64,000 bases of DNA from the human T2T-CHM13v2.0 reference genome, Homo sapiens. The stretch is from the NCBI RefSeq assembly GCF_009914755.1, contig NC_060932.1; one strand, written 5' to 3'. The notes beneath the pieces were generated by a model, which was not told where the DNA came from, searched no databases, and saw only the letters and a program-made list of their open reading frames with translations. Position numbers and translations under genes: made by a program. Below, piece by piece: positions 47,044 through 64,000 of the stretch; positions within the stretch are counted from its first letter, which is position 1, and each line of letters opens with the position of its first letter.

Positions 47044-47498
47044 TTATTTCTATCTAGGAAGGAGATGGAGGCAATCAAAGTGCAGCTCATGGGTCAAGTG
47101 TATGCAGAGAAACCTAAAGCCTCATTAGTCTGAGAGTCAGTGTTGCCCTTGGGAAGAAAAATTAAAGTGTGCTTAAAAAGGAAAAAGTGGTCAGGTTCAA
47201 GGATTTCTTGGAAGGCCCTGTGCATATTCCCCATCTCTCTTTTCCTGCTGTGAATGTTCGTAACATCAGCATGAGCGGGACATTACATGCACACTCATTG
47301 CTTTGGGAGAAGTTTGGTGCCTCTGGTGAGAGGTGGTGTGCTTGGGGCACTGAGACAATGACAATGAAGAGTGGAGTGTGGGTCACAGCCTGCTCTGGTA
47401 CTCTCAGGGTGGAAGACAGCCCCAACTGTCCCCTATGACCATGACCCCTAATGCCTGTGTCAAATAGAAGGTTATCCAATTCATTCACTTTTTTTTTG

Positions 47499-48008
<510 letters not shown>

Positions 48009-48257
48009 TGATTAGTGGGAAATAAAGTCTAATCTTGAAACAAGAGCCACTAGGAAAATGTTCTACCATAGAATGTAGGCCAGAATTTTAAGTTATTGTT
48101 ACTATTATTCACCACAGAATGGAGAAGGCAGAAGCCTAATATCCTGGTACTAAAACAAGGTGGTGTTGTGAGTGTCCTTGTTGCTTAGCTTACCCATCTT
48201 AGGATGACAAGTCATACAATTTTCTTAAGAGTAACAAAAACAGAAACCTGTTGAGGT

Positions 48258-48259
<2 letters not shown>

Positions 48260-48308
<49 letters not shown>
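48260..48308. repeat. (TG)24 microsatellite
   Basis: Perfect dinucleotide run. Confidence 0.97.
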
Positions 48309-48310
<2 letters not shown>

Positions 48311-50219
48311 AGAAAGCTTTGTAGCCAGGCAACAGAAGAAAATATCACTTGCTGGAATCACTGTTTAGTAATGTTGTTTATTTAAAGATCTTCTGCACAG
48401 ATTTCACTCTGTATTTTTCAGACAGTAAAAATAACAACTGATAACAGCCAAACTGTTTAATGTACAAAAGATAGCAAAATAAAATTCAATATTAGAATAT
48501 ATTTGCATAGTATCATCATAGGTATTAATGATTTCTTATTCAGCTATGGATATATCAGCAGTTAATGTAACACTCGGTCAAATCTTATTTAGGGATTGAA
48601 ATATTTATCTTACATATGAACTGTCTGAAACATGACTCACATACATCCCATTTCCCCACAAGTAATGTAAGGATTATGTCAATTATTTCAATTTTAGATT
48701 AAATATGTACTAGCTATGTGATCTTTGACATACCAGATGTTTGAGATTTCCCTGCCAAGCTTGTCACTTAGGCCATATTATGTTTCAGTCTGAACTTAGT
48801 GACATAGGAGGCTGTGGTTTGAGTCCATGGTGCTGTTTAGCACTTGGAAAATACTGATGAAAAGGAGCTGAGAATTTAAATGCAATTTACATGTTCAGAA
48901 TCTCACTGGACTTGATTTTGTGCCTGTGTTGTGGAGGGGATGGGTTACATATAGGTGTCCGTGTGCATGGTGTAGTGGGGAGTTATGCATGTGTGTTTTC
49001 ATGCACATCTTCAAAAATGCTAAGGAAATCACAAAGTCAAGATGTTGTTGGATTGAGATTATGTGGATAAAGTCAGTGCAGAATTCTTGGTGACCTTTGT
49101 GATGTAAACAAAACTATATCTTCCCTTAGCATGCTTCCCAGGGCAATAAATAATAAGACTGACCATATGAGAAAATGAATCAGTCATATGGTAAGGAAAG
49201 CAAGTGTCTTGTAAAATGTGTTTACCTCTGAAGAGGAGGCAGAACACATTGACATTTCAGAGAGGGCTTTTATCGGGAACATCTCCCATTAGCACTAATG
49301 AGAGCTGGGTATTTAATCCACTGTTCTCTCATGCTCATGGCATATTTCATCCTTGATGGCAAGGCCTTGAAACTTTTTTCTGCCTTTAATGATACTCTGT
49401 GGTAGTTATGCTAAATTTTTAGCTGTGTATATGGCTTTCTGTGACTTCTCTCTGCCATCTGTATAAATATCTAAGTGGAACTGAAGCTTTTCATTACTGT
49501 GAACTTCCCTGACCAACCTCTTTAGAGATATTTTCTTACAACCATGCAGAATCCTCAAAAGGAAAACCTTAGTGAGCCCCAACCTCCACCCTACCTAGCC
49601 CCCAGCCTGGATTCCCTGGATTTCAGGAAGCCCAGAAATCAGCTTGTTTCTCAGTAGGATGGTGACATCTTCGTCTTCTCCTCTGGAAGGTCAGTCGAAG
49701 CCCAGATACTGATTAACAGACTGATCTAACCCAATGTGACAAAACACCATGCCGGATAACATGCCTAGAGAAAATGACAAGGACCGAAGACGTTAAATCA
49801 CCTCAGTTATGAGGGGGGAAAAGACCAGCAATCTAGAGGAATCCAGAACATCAAGAGCCACTGTTCATGGCAGCGTGCTTGTCATGAGTGAGGCATGTGT
49901 GTGCCAGGCACATCCTCCCATCTAATCCCCACACAGCCTGTGAGGGAGGGACAGCCATCCCTGCCTTCTCAAGGGGTAATTCTGGCTCACAGGATATCGT
50001 CTATGAGAACCAGAAGGAAATAATATTTTCTAGATACAATCAGCACAGTTTCCAAGGAGACAAGACTGCTTGGCTTTTCTCTTCAAGTGTGCAAAGGGTC
50101 ATTTTCCAGGGACTGGCTGTCAGCCATCCTCCTCTCCCCAGTGTCAGAAGTGGACATGGGGTTACAATATAGGACATGAGGTTACAATACAATCCAGGAA
50201 GGACCTGGATAGACTGGAT

Positions 50220-50271
50220 GAATAGATAATGGATAGGTAGATGATAGAGGGAGAGAGAGACAGACAAACAT

Positions 50272-50305
<34 letters not shown>

Positions 50306-50510
50306 AGAGAGATGATAGATAAAAGAGACAGAAAGATACAGAAATAGGTAGAGATCTAGATAGAGTAACAGAGACAGACAGACAAGTAGATAGAGATGTT
50401 TACATAGAGATATAGACAGATATACAGATAGAGAGATAGAGATGGATACAGATAGACATATAGAACTAGATAAATACAGATAGACAGAGAGAAAGAGATG
50501 AAAGAGAGAG
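50220..50510. repeat. Compound low-complexity repeat (GATA/GACA/GA with a (CA)n run near 50274-50302)
   Basis: Directly visible degenerate tetranucleotide and dinucleotide units. Confidence 0.85.
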
Positions 50511-50659
50511 TGGTTTCCACAGACTTTGAGTTCTCTGATACAAGCTGACCCACACAAATCAGAGTCTCAAGATGTCTTGGAGCCCAGGTAGCTGAAAGGA
50601 AAATCCAAAGATTAAGGTATCATTGCTACTTTGATTTTACTCCTGAAAAAAATCAACTT

Positions 50660-50815
50660 ATTTTTACTGACATCTAATATTTACTTATTGCTTACTAGGT
50701 AATTTATGTACATCATCTCATCTTATTTTTAATTAGTCATTTTTTAACAGGATGGAAACCTAAAGTTTAGAAATTAGAAAGTAATTCCCCAGAGTTCTGG
50801 AACTGACAGAGCCAT
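50660..50815 (-). mobile_element. MIR fragment
   Basis: ttttaacaggatggaaacctaaagtttagaaattag. Confidence 0.5.
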
Positions 50816-52064
50816 GATTGTTCAGAACTGAAGTCCTTAACCTCTGCACCTATTGTCTCTCAGCAAAAAAGTACGTAGAAGACTGGGAAATGCAGTAAAT
50901 ACCATCTGAGCGTTTTTGCTATGGTGAATTCCAGAATAATGCAAGCTGGACAGATGTAATGTATGATCATGGAACCTGGTATTGGGATATCGGGGACCTT
51001 GGCCCAGCTTCCATCTCTCAGCCATATCACCTTGGACATCTGATCCCTACATCCCTCCAGCTTCTGCATCCTCTGATTCCAAGCTAGAATATTATAGTAT
51101 AAAATATGTGGTAGGAATTTGTCAGTGATTTTCTTACCACGGTCCGTGTTAAATAAGCCAAATTTGAGGATCAGCGCCTGAAAAATAAACACATTAAAAT
51201 TGAAAATGACGTTCAGGCAAATCACAGAATAATAAATACAAGAGGCTAATACACACCAACGAATGTTAAACCTTAATAAGAATAAAAGTCACTAATCGAA
51301 CATGCATTTTGTCCACCCATATAATTGGCAATTTTAATGATAATACATAAGGGTTTAAGAAAATAAGGACACTTATCACTACCAATTAGTACAGTCTTTC
51401 TAGAGAACAATTTTACAATATATATCAAAAGCTTAAAAAATATGAAAGCTATTTCAGCACTTTAGCTACATGAAAGTTTATTACAGCATTGTTTATGAAT
51501 TTCAAAAATAACAATGACACATGATCCCACCACTGAGAGATCATCACTTTAATATTTTGGTGTTAAATGTCCTAAATTTTATTCTGTGTGTACACACACA
51601 CACATACACACACACACTTAAAATTATTAATGGGATACATTGGCTATACTATTTTAACCTGCCTTTTGCCTTAACAATATACAATGAATGGATGTGTTAT
51701 AATTTGTTTAATACCTTATCATTGGGCATTTGGGTTTTAACCATTTTTTGTACTATAAATAACACAATGCTGTATATCCTCATAGCTAATCCTGAGTGAA
51801 TTTGTGCGTGCTCTTTGCCTATAGTTATTTTCAAAGAGCAAGAGCATGTGCAGGACACCAGCCTGGCACTTCACATGACCCACCCGCCCCTACTTCCTAA
51901 GGGCAGGACTTCCAGGCTGGTAGATGGAACCTTAATCTAGAATATTTTCCTGTGTCATTCTTTGTAAGCTGGACCCATCAAGGAGTTGCTATGTTGTATG
52001 GAGGTCTTTCCTCCATCAAAAATTCAGGCATTTTAAAACTCCCCATCTAAAAGTAAAGTTTGAT

Positions 52065-52775
<711 letters not shown>

Positions 52776-53199
52776 AAAAACTCCCCATTCAGGACCTGAA
52801 AATAGCTTTTATTTTTTTTTGTCATCCTTGGTTTATAGATGTTTGAACTCTGTATGTGCAGTATTAGAAGGTTTGATTTTGTGTCTTATTATGTGAAACT
52901 CTGTGAAACCTAATACTGGTTGTTTTATTCTATTGGAAGAAACCTGTCACCAGGATCAGATTAACTGTGAGCTCAAGGTGCTATAAAAACAAACGTCTCA
53001 TTGTACCAGAAGAGTTCAAGTCCCTGGGGAGCATGTTTGTAGCTTTTTAGCCTATAGAAACAAACAGCTGGGAGTATACATAGCCTTCTCCCAGAAAAAA
53101 ACTGGAAAGAAAGTAGCTCAGGGAGGCATTTGTGGGAGTTCTACTGACCATGGAGGTCCTGAATTTAAACCTTCTGTTAGAATTGCAAGGAAGTGGAGC

Positions 53200-54740
53200 A
53201 TTTATTCATTAATTTGTTCACTCCCTGCAAACACTGTCTGTGCTTTCTTCACAAGATAGCCAACTCTTACATCTTCACACAGCCAACATCACTGGCCCCC
53301 CTGATCAAAGCCAGCATCTTTTCTCACCTGGATTATTGCACTAGTCTTCCGGCCAATGCCCCTACTTTTCTCCTGGCCCTACTATCCTTTATTTTCCATA
53401 CAATAACCAACTTTGTTAAAATGCAAGTCAGATTCCCTACTTTTCCATTCAAATCTCTCCAGTGACTTCCTGTTTCCCTTGGACAAAAACATAAAATTGC
53501 AAATATTGCATGTGTTCAATACATACTCATTGAATCCATAAAAGGATGCATGTTAATTGAGTGCTTATTAATCATCAGAAACTGAGCCAGATGTTTCTTT
53601 ATAGGGGTACAAAGACAAATGACATTCTTTCCTCTCTGGGAGTTTATATTCTAGAATATGAGATGAACTCACAGATGAATACATACAAAAATAATGTTAT
53701 TTTTCCCTAGTTAAAGTCTGAGTAAAGATAATTTGGGCTCAAACAATGGAATGGCCAGTTTTACCCGGGTGGGGAGAGAGGCCAAGGGAGAGGGAATTCT
53801 TGAGTATTATAAAATAGTAGAGATTCCAGCGTGATAAGGAATGTGTAGAGGCATTCCAGGGCAGGAGAACCACATGAGCAAAGGCACGAGGTGTGGATTC
53901 ATCTCCAAGGAGCAGGGAGTGTTTCAATGAGTGTGGGAACATAGAATATGGGATAGGGCATAGAGGCCAAAGGTTAGGAAGAAAGGTTAAAACTAAAAGT
54001 TTTAAACTTAAATGCCTTCATTTGCATTGATTGACTTTACTGTTTTGTCTTCTAGGCAGTGGGGAGTCATTGAGGTTTGGGTGATGGAAATTGGATTCAA
54101 TGTATGTCACAGACAGGTCACACTAGAAGCAATGGGAAGAATCCATTAGCGTTTTCAAAGTCAATCAATAAATAGTAAGAACTAGCATTTACTGAATGCT
54201 TACTATCTATTAATACCAAGCTCTGTGCTGAGTCCTTCACTTTTATTACATTTAATTCTCAGGTCAACCTATGTGATTGGTACTGTGATTTTCCCCCTTT
54301 AAAGATGGACATATTAAGGCAGAGAGATTTTAAGCCCAAAGTCATACCATTAGTAGATTAAAGAACCAAAATAGAAACCCAAAGAATCTGACTTTAGTAA
54401 AGGGAGAGGAAAAGAAATATATTAAAGAGATAAAAGCTCCAGAATATAGTTACCAGATGTAAGTAGTAAAGGCCGAAAATGCCCCCTAGATTTAGCTTAA
54501 TGGATGGACAACTTAATGGATGGAAGTGTCTCCCCAGTATAGCAAATGGGACAAATTTAGAAAGAAGTCTAACAAGGTGTTTTGAATATGTTTGCTTTTA
54601 TATGATTGCAGGAAATCTGGAAAGTAGATGGGGACATGGGTTTGAATCTCAGGTGAGGGTTGGAGTTTGAGATGCAGACTTGGAAATCATTAAACAGGGG
54701 AGGAGAAGTCATGGAGTGAACAAGATCAAACACTGATAGA
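53200..54740. mobile_element. L2 fragments (both orientations) with an antisense MIR at about 54170-54395
   Basis: tctcacctggattattgcactag; gaggcattccagggcaggagaaccacatgagcaaaggcacgagg; gcatttactgaatgcttact. Confidence 0.65.
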
Positions 54741-54744
54741 AAAG

Positions 54745-55202
54745 TGTTAGGGTTGAATCGTGTCCTCCCTTACAGATACTGAAGTCCTAACCTCATACCT
54801 GTGAATGTGACCTTATTTTGGAAATAGAATAAGATCTTTGTCATGATCAAGTGAAGATGAGATCATTGGGGTGACTCCTAATCAGTATGACTGTGTAGTT
54901 ATATAAAGAAGAAATTTAGACACAGAAACAGACACACACACAGGGAGAATGCCCTGTGAAGAAGACAGAAATTGGGATGATGCCTCTACAAGCTGAGGAA
55001 TGCCAAAGATTGCCAGCAAACCACCAGAAACTACTGAAGGGTGGCATGCAACAGATGCTTCCTTACAGACTTCAGGAGGAATGAACTCTGATGACACCCT
55101 GATTTCAGACTTCCAGTCTTCAGAACCGTGAGATAATAAATTTCTGTGATTTAAACCACAGTCTGTCACACTCTGTTAAAGCAGCTCTAGGAAACTAATA
55201 CA
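54745..55202 (+). mobile_element. MLT1C-like MaLR solo LTR
   Basis: tgttagggttgaatcgtgtcc...ggaatgccaaagattgccagcaaaccaccagaa...ggaaactaataca; near-TSD aaaag/aacag. Confidence 0.88.
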
Positions 55203-55649
55203 AACAGGTTGCATATTCATGGAGTATTCAAGGATGATTGGTGATGATCGAATGGAGACTATTTATTCAAAAATGTGCCTGGCAGTCAGAGAATCAGGAA
55301 AGGCTATTCCAGGGCTATTCCAAGCATAAGCATGTGAACAGCCATGGAGGTAGAAGAAAGGAAACACCAGCAGTTGGCACTGAGCTCATCACAAGCTGCA
55401 GCCGTGCAGCGGTGGGAGAAAGAGATCTGCCCATGAAAGTCCCTGTAAAGTGCACGATAGCAAGCTTCACCTTAGAGTTCATACAGAGCAGCCAAAGGTT
55501 CAAGGGAATGATTAAAGCCATTTTGTGTTTTAAAATGGTATGTTCTGCAAATATGGTGACAATGGCAACATCATTCTTTAGTCTACCAAAATTATCGAAT
55601 TAAAATAGGCAGAGCAACTAGGTTGATAAAACTGAAGAATTGTGGATGA

Positions 55650-57719
<2,070 letters not shown>

Positions 57720-57720
<1 letters not shown>

Positions 57721-58830
57721 TTCTAACAAGTAAGTAAAGAAGGATGATGGACTCTGAATATCACCATTTTGCAACCTTGATTGCAATATCATCAGTATAT
57801 GGTAAGATCATAAAATAGAACAACTAATTCTGATGTGCTTCCTGATGAAAGTACACAATATCACCTGCCAAAAGCAGTCGAACTTGAAGCTGATCAAAAT
57901 TCTAACACTAATTACCCATTTGCAGAAAACACAAAGGATAGATATGTTAACCACACCATGCAAATACAATCATTAAAATCAAGACAAAGAAAATATGCAA
58001 GAAATTTAAAAGGACATGGAAGGATAATCCATGTTGTAAAAAAGACTTAAGATACATATCAAATAATCATCTTATGTGGATCCTGTTTGGACTGCATTTC
58101 AAACAAACTTAAAAAATTGTGATAATCAGGAAAATATGAACATTGAGTATTTGATACTGTTAAGAAATTACTATCTTTATTTGTAAATGTGATCACAATA
58201 TTGGTTTTAAAATTATTTTAAATAAAATACTTATAGATGAAATAATGTGATGCCCGGGGTTTGCTTTAAAATAATTTGGTGACAGGACGTAAGTGGAGGT
58301 GCAAATAAAAAAGATTGGCAATATGTTGATAACTCCAGTTGACCCTTGAACAATACAAGTTTGAACTGTGCAGGTCTACTTACAGGCAAATTTTATTCCA
58401 TCTCTACCACCCCTGAGACAGCAAAACCAACCCCTCCTCTTCCTCCTCAGCCTATTCAATGTAAAGATGATGACGATGAAGGCATTTATGATCCACTTCA
58501 ACTTAATAGATAGTTAATAATTTTCTTTTCCTTATGATTTTAATATTTTCTTTTCTCTTTATTATAGGAATACAGTATATAATGCATATAGAAAATATGT
58601 GTTGATAGACTGTTTATGTTATCAGTAAGGCTTCCAATCAACTATAGGCTATTAGTGAAGTGGAGAGTCAAAAATTATATGCAGATTTTCAACTACATTG
58701 ATATCCCAACCCTCATTGTTCAAGGATCAACTGTACTTACACTGAGTGAAAGGGTATAGTGGATGCATTACTTTATTTTTTTCTCCTTTTGTATATGTTG
58801 GGAATTTGCAATAATAAAAAGTGATTTTTT
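57720..58830 (+). mobile_element. L1ME-like 3' fragment interrupted by Tigger2a
   Basis: atacttatagatgaaataatgtgatgcccggggtttgctttaaaataat; tttgtatatgttgggaatttgcaataataaaaag. Confidence 0.6.
58336..58733. mobile_element. Tigger2a-like TcMar-Tigger DNA transposon
   Basis: Terminal inverted repeats cagttgacccttgaacaa / ttgttcaaggatcaactg, followed by TA. Confidence 0.88.
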
Positions 58831-59207
58831 AAGGCATAAGAAGGTTTATATGCACATATATTTTGGTATTTCAGGCTTTCATTCTGTCCTAGGAGAAATC
58901 CCCTCATGAACACCGTTAAGCACATAAAGAAACTGACAAAAAAGAATGTATGTAGATCTTTAAAGTAGCAAACCCATTCTCCACCTGAATTTCCACCACA
59001 TTCCACCTCACGCTTCTTCATATTGCAATTGAGCAGAAGGTCTTTATGAGGACTAAAATTGCAGTGACTTCTCAAAGTGAGCATTTACAAATATGGGTAC
59101 TCTTAAGCAGTTAACTTTGGACTTTAACTCATAAGCCCCCGAGGTAATTGTTTCTTGTGCTTGCTTGCATATGGTGGCTTGCAGAAAAGAACAACCCTGG
59201 AGTTTGA

Positions 59208-59483
<276 letters not shown>

Positions 59484-59801
59484 TGAATTTGGAGAAAGAT
59501 TGACTGGCTACTTTTGTCACAATCCGAGGAACTGTCCTAATGCCCTTTGTTGACACAGGCCTGTGATGTGTCTGCTGTTTTACATGTGTTTCGTGAATGA
59601 TGCATGATGTTTCCCTACCATTGCTTCTCATGACTGATTAATTGAAAGACAGCGCATTTTTGCTCTCCAGCTGTCCTCTTAGTAGGAAAAAAAAAATCTT
59701 TATGATTTTACACTTGGTCGATGTGGGGATAGAGTCAGTCAACTGAGGCTTTCTGGTTTTTATAATGGTATAATTTCCAAAAGTTGCAAAGAAAGCAGTA
59801 A

Positions 59802-59862
59802 CTCTCTCTCTCTGTCTCTAATATACATATGTGTGTATGCATGTATGTGTGTGTGTATATAT
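59802..59862. repeat. Compound (CT)/(TA)/(TG) microsatellite
   Basis: Directly visible. Confidence 0.7.
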
Positions 59863-60809
59863 GGTATTAGAGTAATTCCTACTATTTCCTTTTGATGTTG
59901 AGAGAGAGAGAGAGACAATGAGAAAAAGGAGATTAAAAGGAAATGGTACAGATTACCCTAATATTTAAAGAAAGAAGGTCATAAAGGAAAAAAAAATTTG
60001 TGAATGTTTATTAATATTTATATACTATGAAGTTTTATAAAACGGATATTATTATCAGATTAATATCTTTGTGCTTTCTCATATTTGATGATCTCATCAG
60101 TAGGACTATTCCAGTTACAGCAGAGCTGCCAGGCATTTCTTTAAAGCCTGCTGCTCAAATCCTTTCTAGAATAAGGCAGCAAGAAGATTAGACAGACTGG
60201 TGGGTAAGCAGGTGAATACATGGGCACATGGATGATGGATAAGAGGGCATTTTCTAAGGAAAGCATTTCCTATTAATTTGTCAATCCTGTAACTAAATAG
60301 ATGCTGTTACACAGTTAACGTATTGTAAGGTGCTCGTTTTGTTTGGATCTCAGCAGGGCCTCTGTGCGCCCCTCTGGGCACATGCTGCTCCCTTGTGCTG
60401 GGTCATGCTCCAATTTGAGTTTTGTTCTGGTTGGTCCGGGGAATCTCCTCACTGTCCTTATAACTTTTTATGGCATGGAGCATGCTAGTTTAAGCTGAGT
60501 GCTTTAATTTGGGGGACAGAATCAGGGTGCATGTTACCTGTATAGGAAAAGGAAGAGAAAATGTGTATTGGTAGCTGGTGACCCATTTATTCATAGATTC
60601 CTGGCCCAACCCTAGTTTCACACTAGAATAGCTTTGGTCCAAGAAGTTTGAGAAGAAGGTCAAAGAGATCCACAATGTATGTTTCTCAATTGCTAGACAG
60701 CAAATTGGAGGAAGAGGAAAGTGGAGTCTTTGCACAGAAAAAGAGAAAAGCACGGAGAAGGCAGAAGGCCGTGTGAATTAGTTGTGGATGACTGTTTTTC
60801 GTTGCGTCT

Positions 60810-60985
60810 GGTGGTTGAAGACCATGAGCTGGGCATGCAGAGGCCTGGGCTCTGGCTGTCTCACTACCTCACTATAAAACCTCTCACAGCCACTTAATCT
60901 CTCTGGGCCCCAGGTTGCTCAAATGTAAAGGTCGCAAGTTAAACTGGATGATTTCCAAACTCCCTGACAGCTCTATTCTATCTTT
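60810..60985 (+). mobile_element. MIR3-like SINE
   Basis: cacttaatctctctgggccccaggttgctcaaatgtaaa...aactggatgatttccaaactccc. Confidence 0.65.
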
Positions 60986-63199
60986 GAATCAATGAATTCC
61001 CAATAGGCATATAATGCCAGGTATATGTTTTAGGAAATGATCTGTAAACCAGAATACAAATGAAATTGAAAGGCAACATCAAACTAAATCTCTGTCATGA
61101 ATTTAGTGCTCATCTCCAGAACAACTTGGCAACTCCTTAGTATAATTATACAATTGGGAACTCTCTAGAGGGAGAAAATCCAGGAGCACACGTGGAGGGT
61201 TGCAAGTCACCTTCTGGTGGCCTGAGGTCACTGAGTATCTCTACTAGTTTTCTAAAAGATTTGGAAAATTATGGAGAGATTTTTCTTCCAAAGATGATGG
61301 AGATAGAGAAGGGAAGGTGAGAGAGGGATCTGAGAAAATGAGGTCACATTTTCAGTTTAAGGACGATACATAAAATTGTACAGAAAAAAAAAATGAGGAA
61401 AATGCAATCCTTAGTCTTCATCAGATTATTTATCCTAAACATAGGAACCAAGAGTTAAGTTGCGTTTTTTGAGTCTTTGGCTCTTTCCTCACATCTAGTG
61501 TCCCCAGCTAACCGATTAAGCTTGACACATATACGTCAGGTGTACCACAGGCGTTGAATGCCAGACCTCGTCCTTAGCCAAGGCAAGCCTTGCTGTCAAG
61601 TTTCAGAATGGCGTAGGGAAACTAGGTTCTGTTTCACTCCAAAGGTGGCCAAAAGACAGGTTGATCCAAATATCACTAAGAATCAATGCAAGTCATTGAG
61701 TCAAGAGGAGGAATAAGCCCACTATGTTGATCTTATTGCTACTGATTTTTTAACAAGGCAGGTGGGTAGATGGTTGTGTTACAAAACAAAGAGTGAAAAT
61801 ATCTGACAGTAAAAAACGACAGACCCTCCAGCCAACGAAGACCAGCCCAGGCAACACTCTGTGATTCCTTTTGCATTTTGAAGAGAAACCTGAAACCTGT
61901 CTTCAGAGGGACAGCTTCTAAATACCCCTCTGCTGATAGATGATCCCACTTACAAACAAACCAGCTGATAAATTAAATTGATGTGAGTTCTAAGAACAGA
62001 GCTGTTCCCCTTTAGGAAAAGAAAAATAAATGTGATAACCTAGTTTGACATGTATTTTCATACATCTTCAATGGTTAAATAAAATTATTGGGATTTACAT
62101 GTGAAAACACAGCCCTCTGCTATGAATGTAAATAATCAATAGGCATGAAATCTGTAAAGGATTTGCAGATAGCTGTGAATCAAAATATCTAAAACATTCT
62201 TATTTAGCAGGGAGAGAATGGTCACTCTGTATGTGACTGTCTAAAATTACTATTTTTTAGGATAGAAGGAAAATTGATCTTTAAACCCAATTTCAACCAT
62301 CCACCACTCTCTGCAGTGCTTTTAAAAAATAAGAAAAATCAGACAAGAAATATGACATTTTATAACTGTTATTAGGTATTGTATTCTCTTCGTGGAAGCT
62401 GGGTAGCCCTAGAACACTGTCAGCTGCTTCTCCTTCCTTATGTAGTCACTCAGTCAGAGGAGCCTCCTCATGCTGGAGGCTGACAGGCCCAGGGAGAACT
62501 GTTGGAGCATAATTGTTTCTCCATTTGCACTGGCCCAAGAGGCACAGTTTGGCATCTGTTCAGAGAGCAGGAATCAGGGCAAAGCTGAGTCTCAAACCTG
62601 AATATGCAGCTCTTCACGCTCCACAGTCACATTGGACATATTACAGGGCAGCAGCTACTCTCCACGGGATCTGGGATGTCCCAGAGCCAGCTCCCTGCGG
62701 AGTATAAGATACACACCAGGAGGCCCGACTGCATGCACGGCTGTACCTGCACAGGTAGTGCTCACTGTACTTCCAGAGAGTTTCCAGTTTACAGGTCGTT
62801 ATGGTTTTCCAATCCCAATCCCTTATCCTCACTAGGAGAGAGGCGGAGAGGGGAGAGGGACGTTGAGAGGGGGAGAGGAGGGCAGGCAGGAAGGAAAGTG
62901 GGATGGGGAGAAGGAGGGAGGGAGACCCCACTCGACCGCGGAGATGGACCATGGCATTTCTGTTAGTGTCCACATGGAGGGTGCTGCTCTCTACCTGTTT
63001 AGTGAGGGTGCCAAAGATGCTGAGGAAGATGTGGTCCGAGGCCTGTCAGTTGTATCTTCCAGCAAAATCTCACTCATTCGTTTCACCTCATTTCTACTGT
63101 GCTACCCTGGCCGGACCATGTGCACTCCCACCCAGACCCCTGTGGATAGCCCACAGCTTCATCCTCACCCGTGCCCTCTTCCTTCCCTTCTCCTTGGAG

Positions 63200-63560
63200 C
63201 AGTCCTAGAGCCGCTTAGACTCTAATCTAAACTACTTCAGTGTTCCCCTTGGCACTCATTAAAATTAAACAAGATTCCTGAGCAAGTTCCAAGGCCTTTG
63301 TGTCACAGCCTTCTCCTCATTAGTCACTGCTCTGCAACCACGCTGCGCTCCTCTCTGTTCTGAAAATGTTCCCATTTCTCTCCCACCTCCAGGCCTTTGC
63401 ACCTGCTATTAACCTCTCCAGAATATTCTCGTCCCCTCACTCTTAGCCTGTCTAGTTCTTACTCGTCCTGCAGAATTCAGTTTAACCTCCTCAGAGTATC
63501 CGGTCCTAACTGCTCGTTCACATTCTTATTTCCACATTAGTATTTCCTCAAGGTGTCCTG
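63200..63560 (+). mobile_element. L2 fragment
   Basis: ctcccacctccaggcctttgcacctgctatt...ctagttcttactcgtcc. Confidence 0.65.
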
Positions 63561-63599
63561 AACTTCAGCCCCTGATCTCAGGCAATTTTCTTATCGTTG

Positions 63600-63690
63600 T
63601 TAAGCCTCAATTTGCCCATGAATACTGAGGGATAATAATAGTGCTAATTCATAGGATTGTAGAGATTAAATGAGAGAGTACACACAAAGG
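63600..63690 (+). mobile_element. MIR fragment
   Basis: gggataataatagtgctaattcataggattgtagagattaaatgag. Confidence 0.65.
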
Positions 63691-64000
63691 ATTCGGCAGA
63701 CCCTTGGCCCATTGCATAGGGCTTCTTAGGCTTGATCTTGCAGAAATCTACCAGGGAATCTTATGGAAAAGCAAATTCTCACTGAGTAGGTCTCAGGTGG
63801 GGCCTGAGTTTTAGAACAGGGAAATAACAGGTGAAGAATTTGAGGCATGTGAAAACGGGAAAAATAGTTCAAATTTGAGCTCATGAACCCTGAATTAAGG
63901 GGTGTGTGTTAGAAAGGAAGTGCAAGAAACATCGTGAAGAGAGAATGGTCAGGTCTTTTGACAGACAGAGCATGGACCAAAAGAGACCGAAGCTTGAGTC

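Noticed and set aside
50040-50557. Hydrophobic ORFs that look like membrane proteins
   Set aside because: Translation of low-complexity GATA/CA repeats.
60363-60381. CTCF-like tgcccagaggggcgc on the minus strand
   Set aside because: Spacing between AG and GGC is off by one base.
62513-63225. Cluster of overlapping 100-120 aa ORFs
   Set aside because: No recognisable protein family or clear exon structure; expected in a GC-richer patch.

Overview
Primate (most likely human) genomic DNA, about 64 kb, lying inside the XKR4 gene (+ strand). The only host coding sequence is a 200-nt internal exon at 59261-59460 (exon 2, [14 protein letters not shown]...[12 protein letters not shown]...), which the ORF track misses. 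The rest is intron filled with interspersed repeats: a 3.9-kb 5'-truncated L1PA with a perfect TSD, older L1M pieces, several Alus, THE1/MST/MLT1/LTR16 solo LTRs, MIR, L2 and the DNA transposons MER3, MER30, MER5A and Tigger2a. Almost all listed ORFs are L1/Alu-derived or chance ORFs. The most unusual structure is a three-Alu cluster at 46.5-52.8 kb that shows local sequence transfer. First, an Alu plus about 150 nt of its 3' flank (52130-52619) is copied 4.6 kb away (47499-47959), and the copy ends at the first Pol III terminator, so it is a candidate Alu 3' transduction or an Alu-mediated templated duplication. Second, 48 nt of that copy are present, identical and inverted, as an insertion in a neighbouring Alu (46605-46652). 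Repeat subfamily calls come from recalled consensus motifs, and boundaries of old repeats are approximate. I see no prokaryote-type system and no new protein-coding gene.
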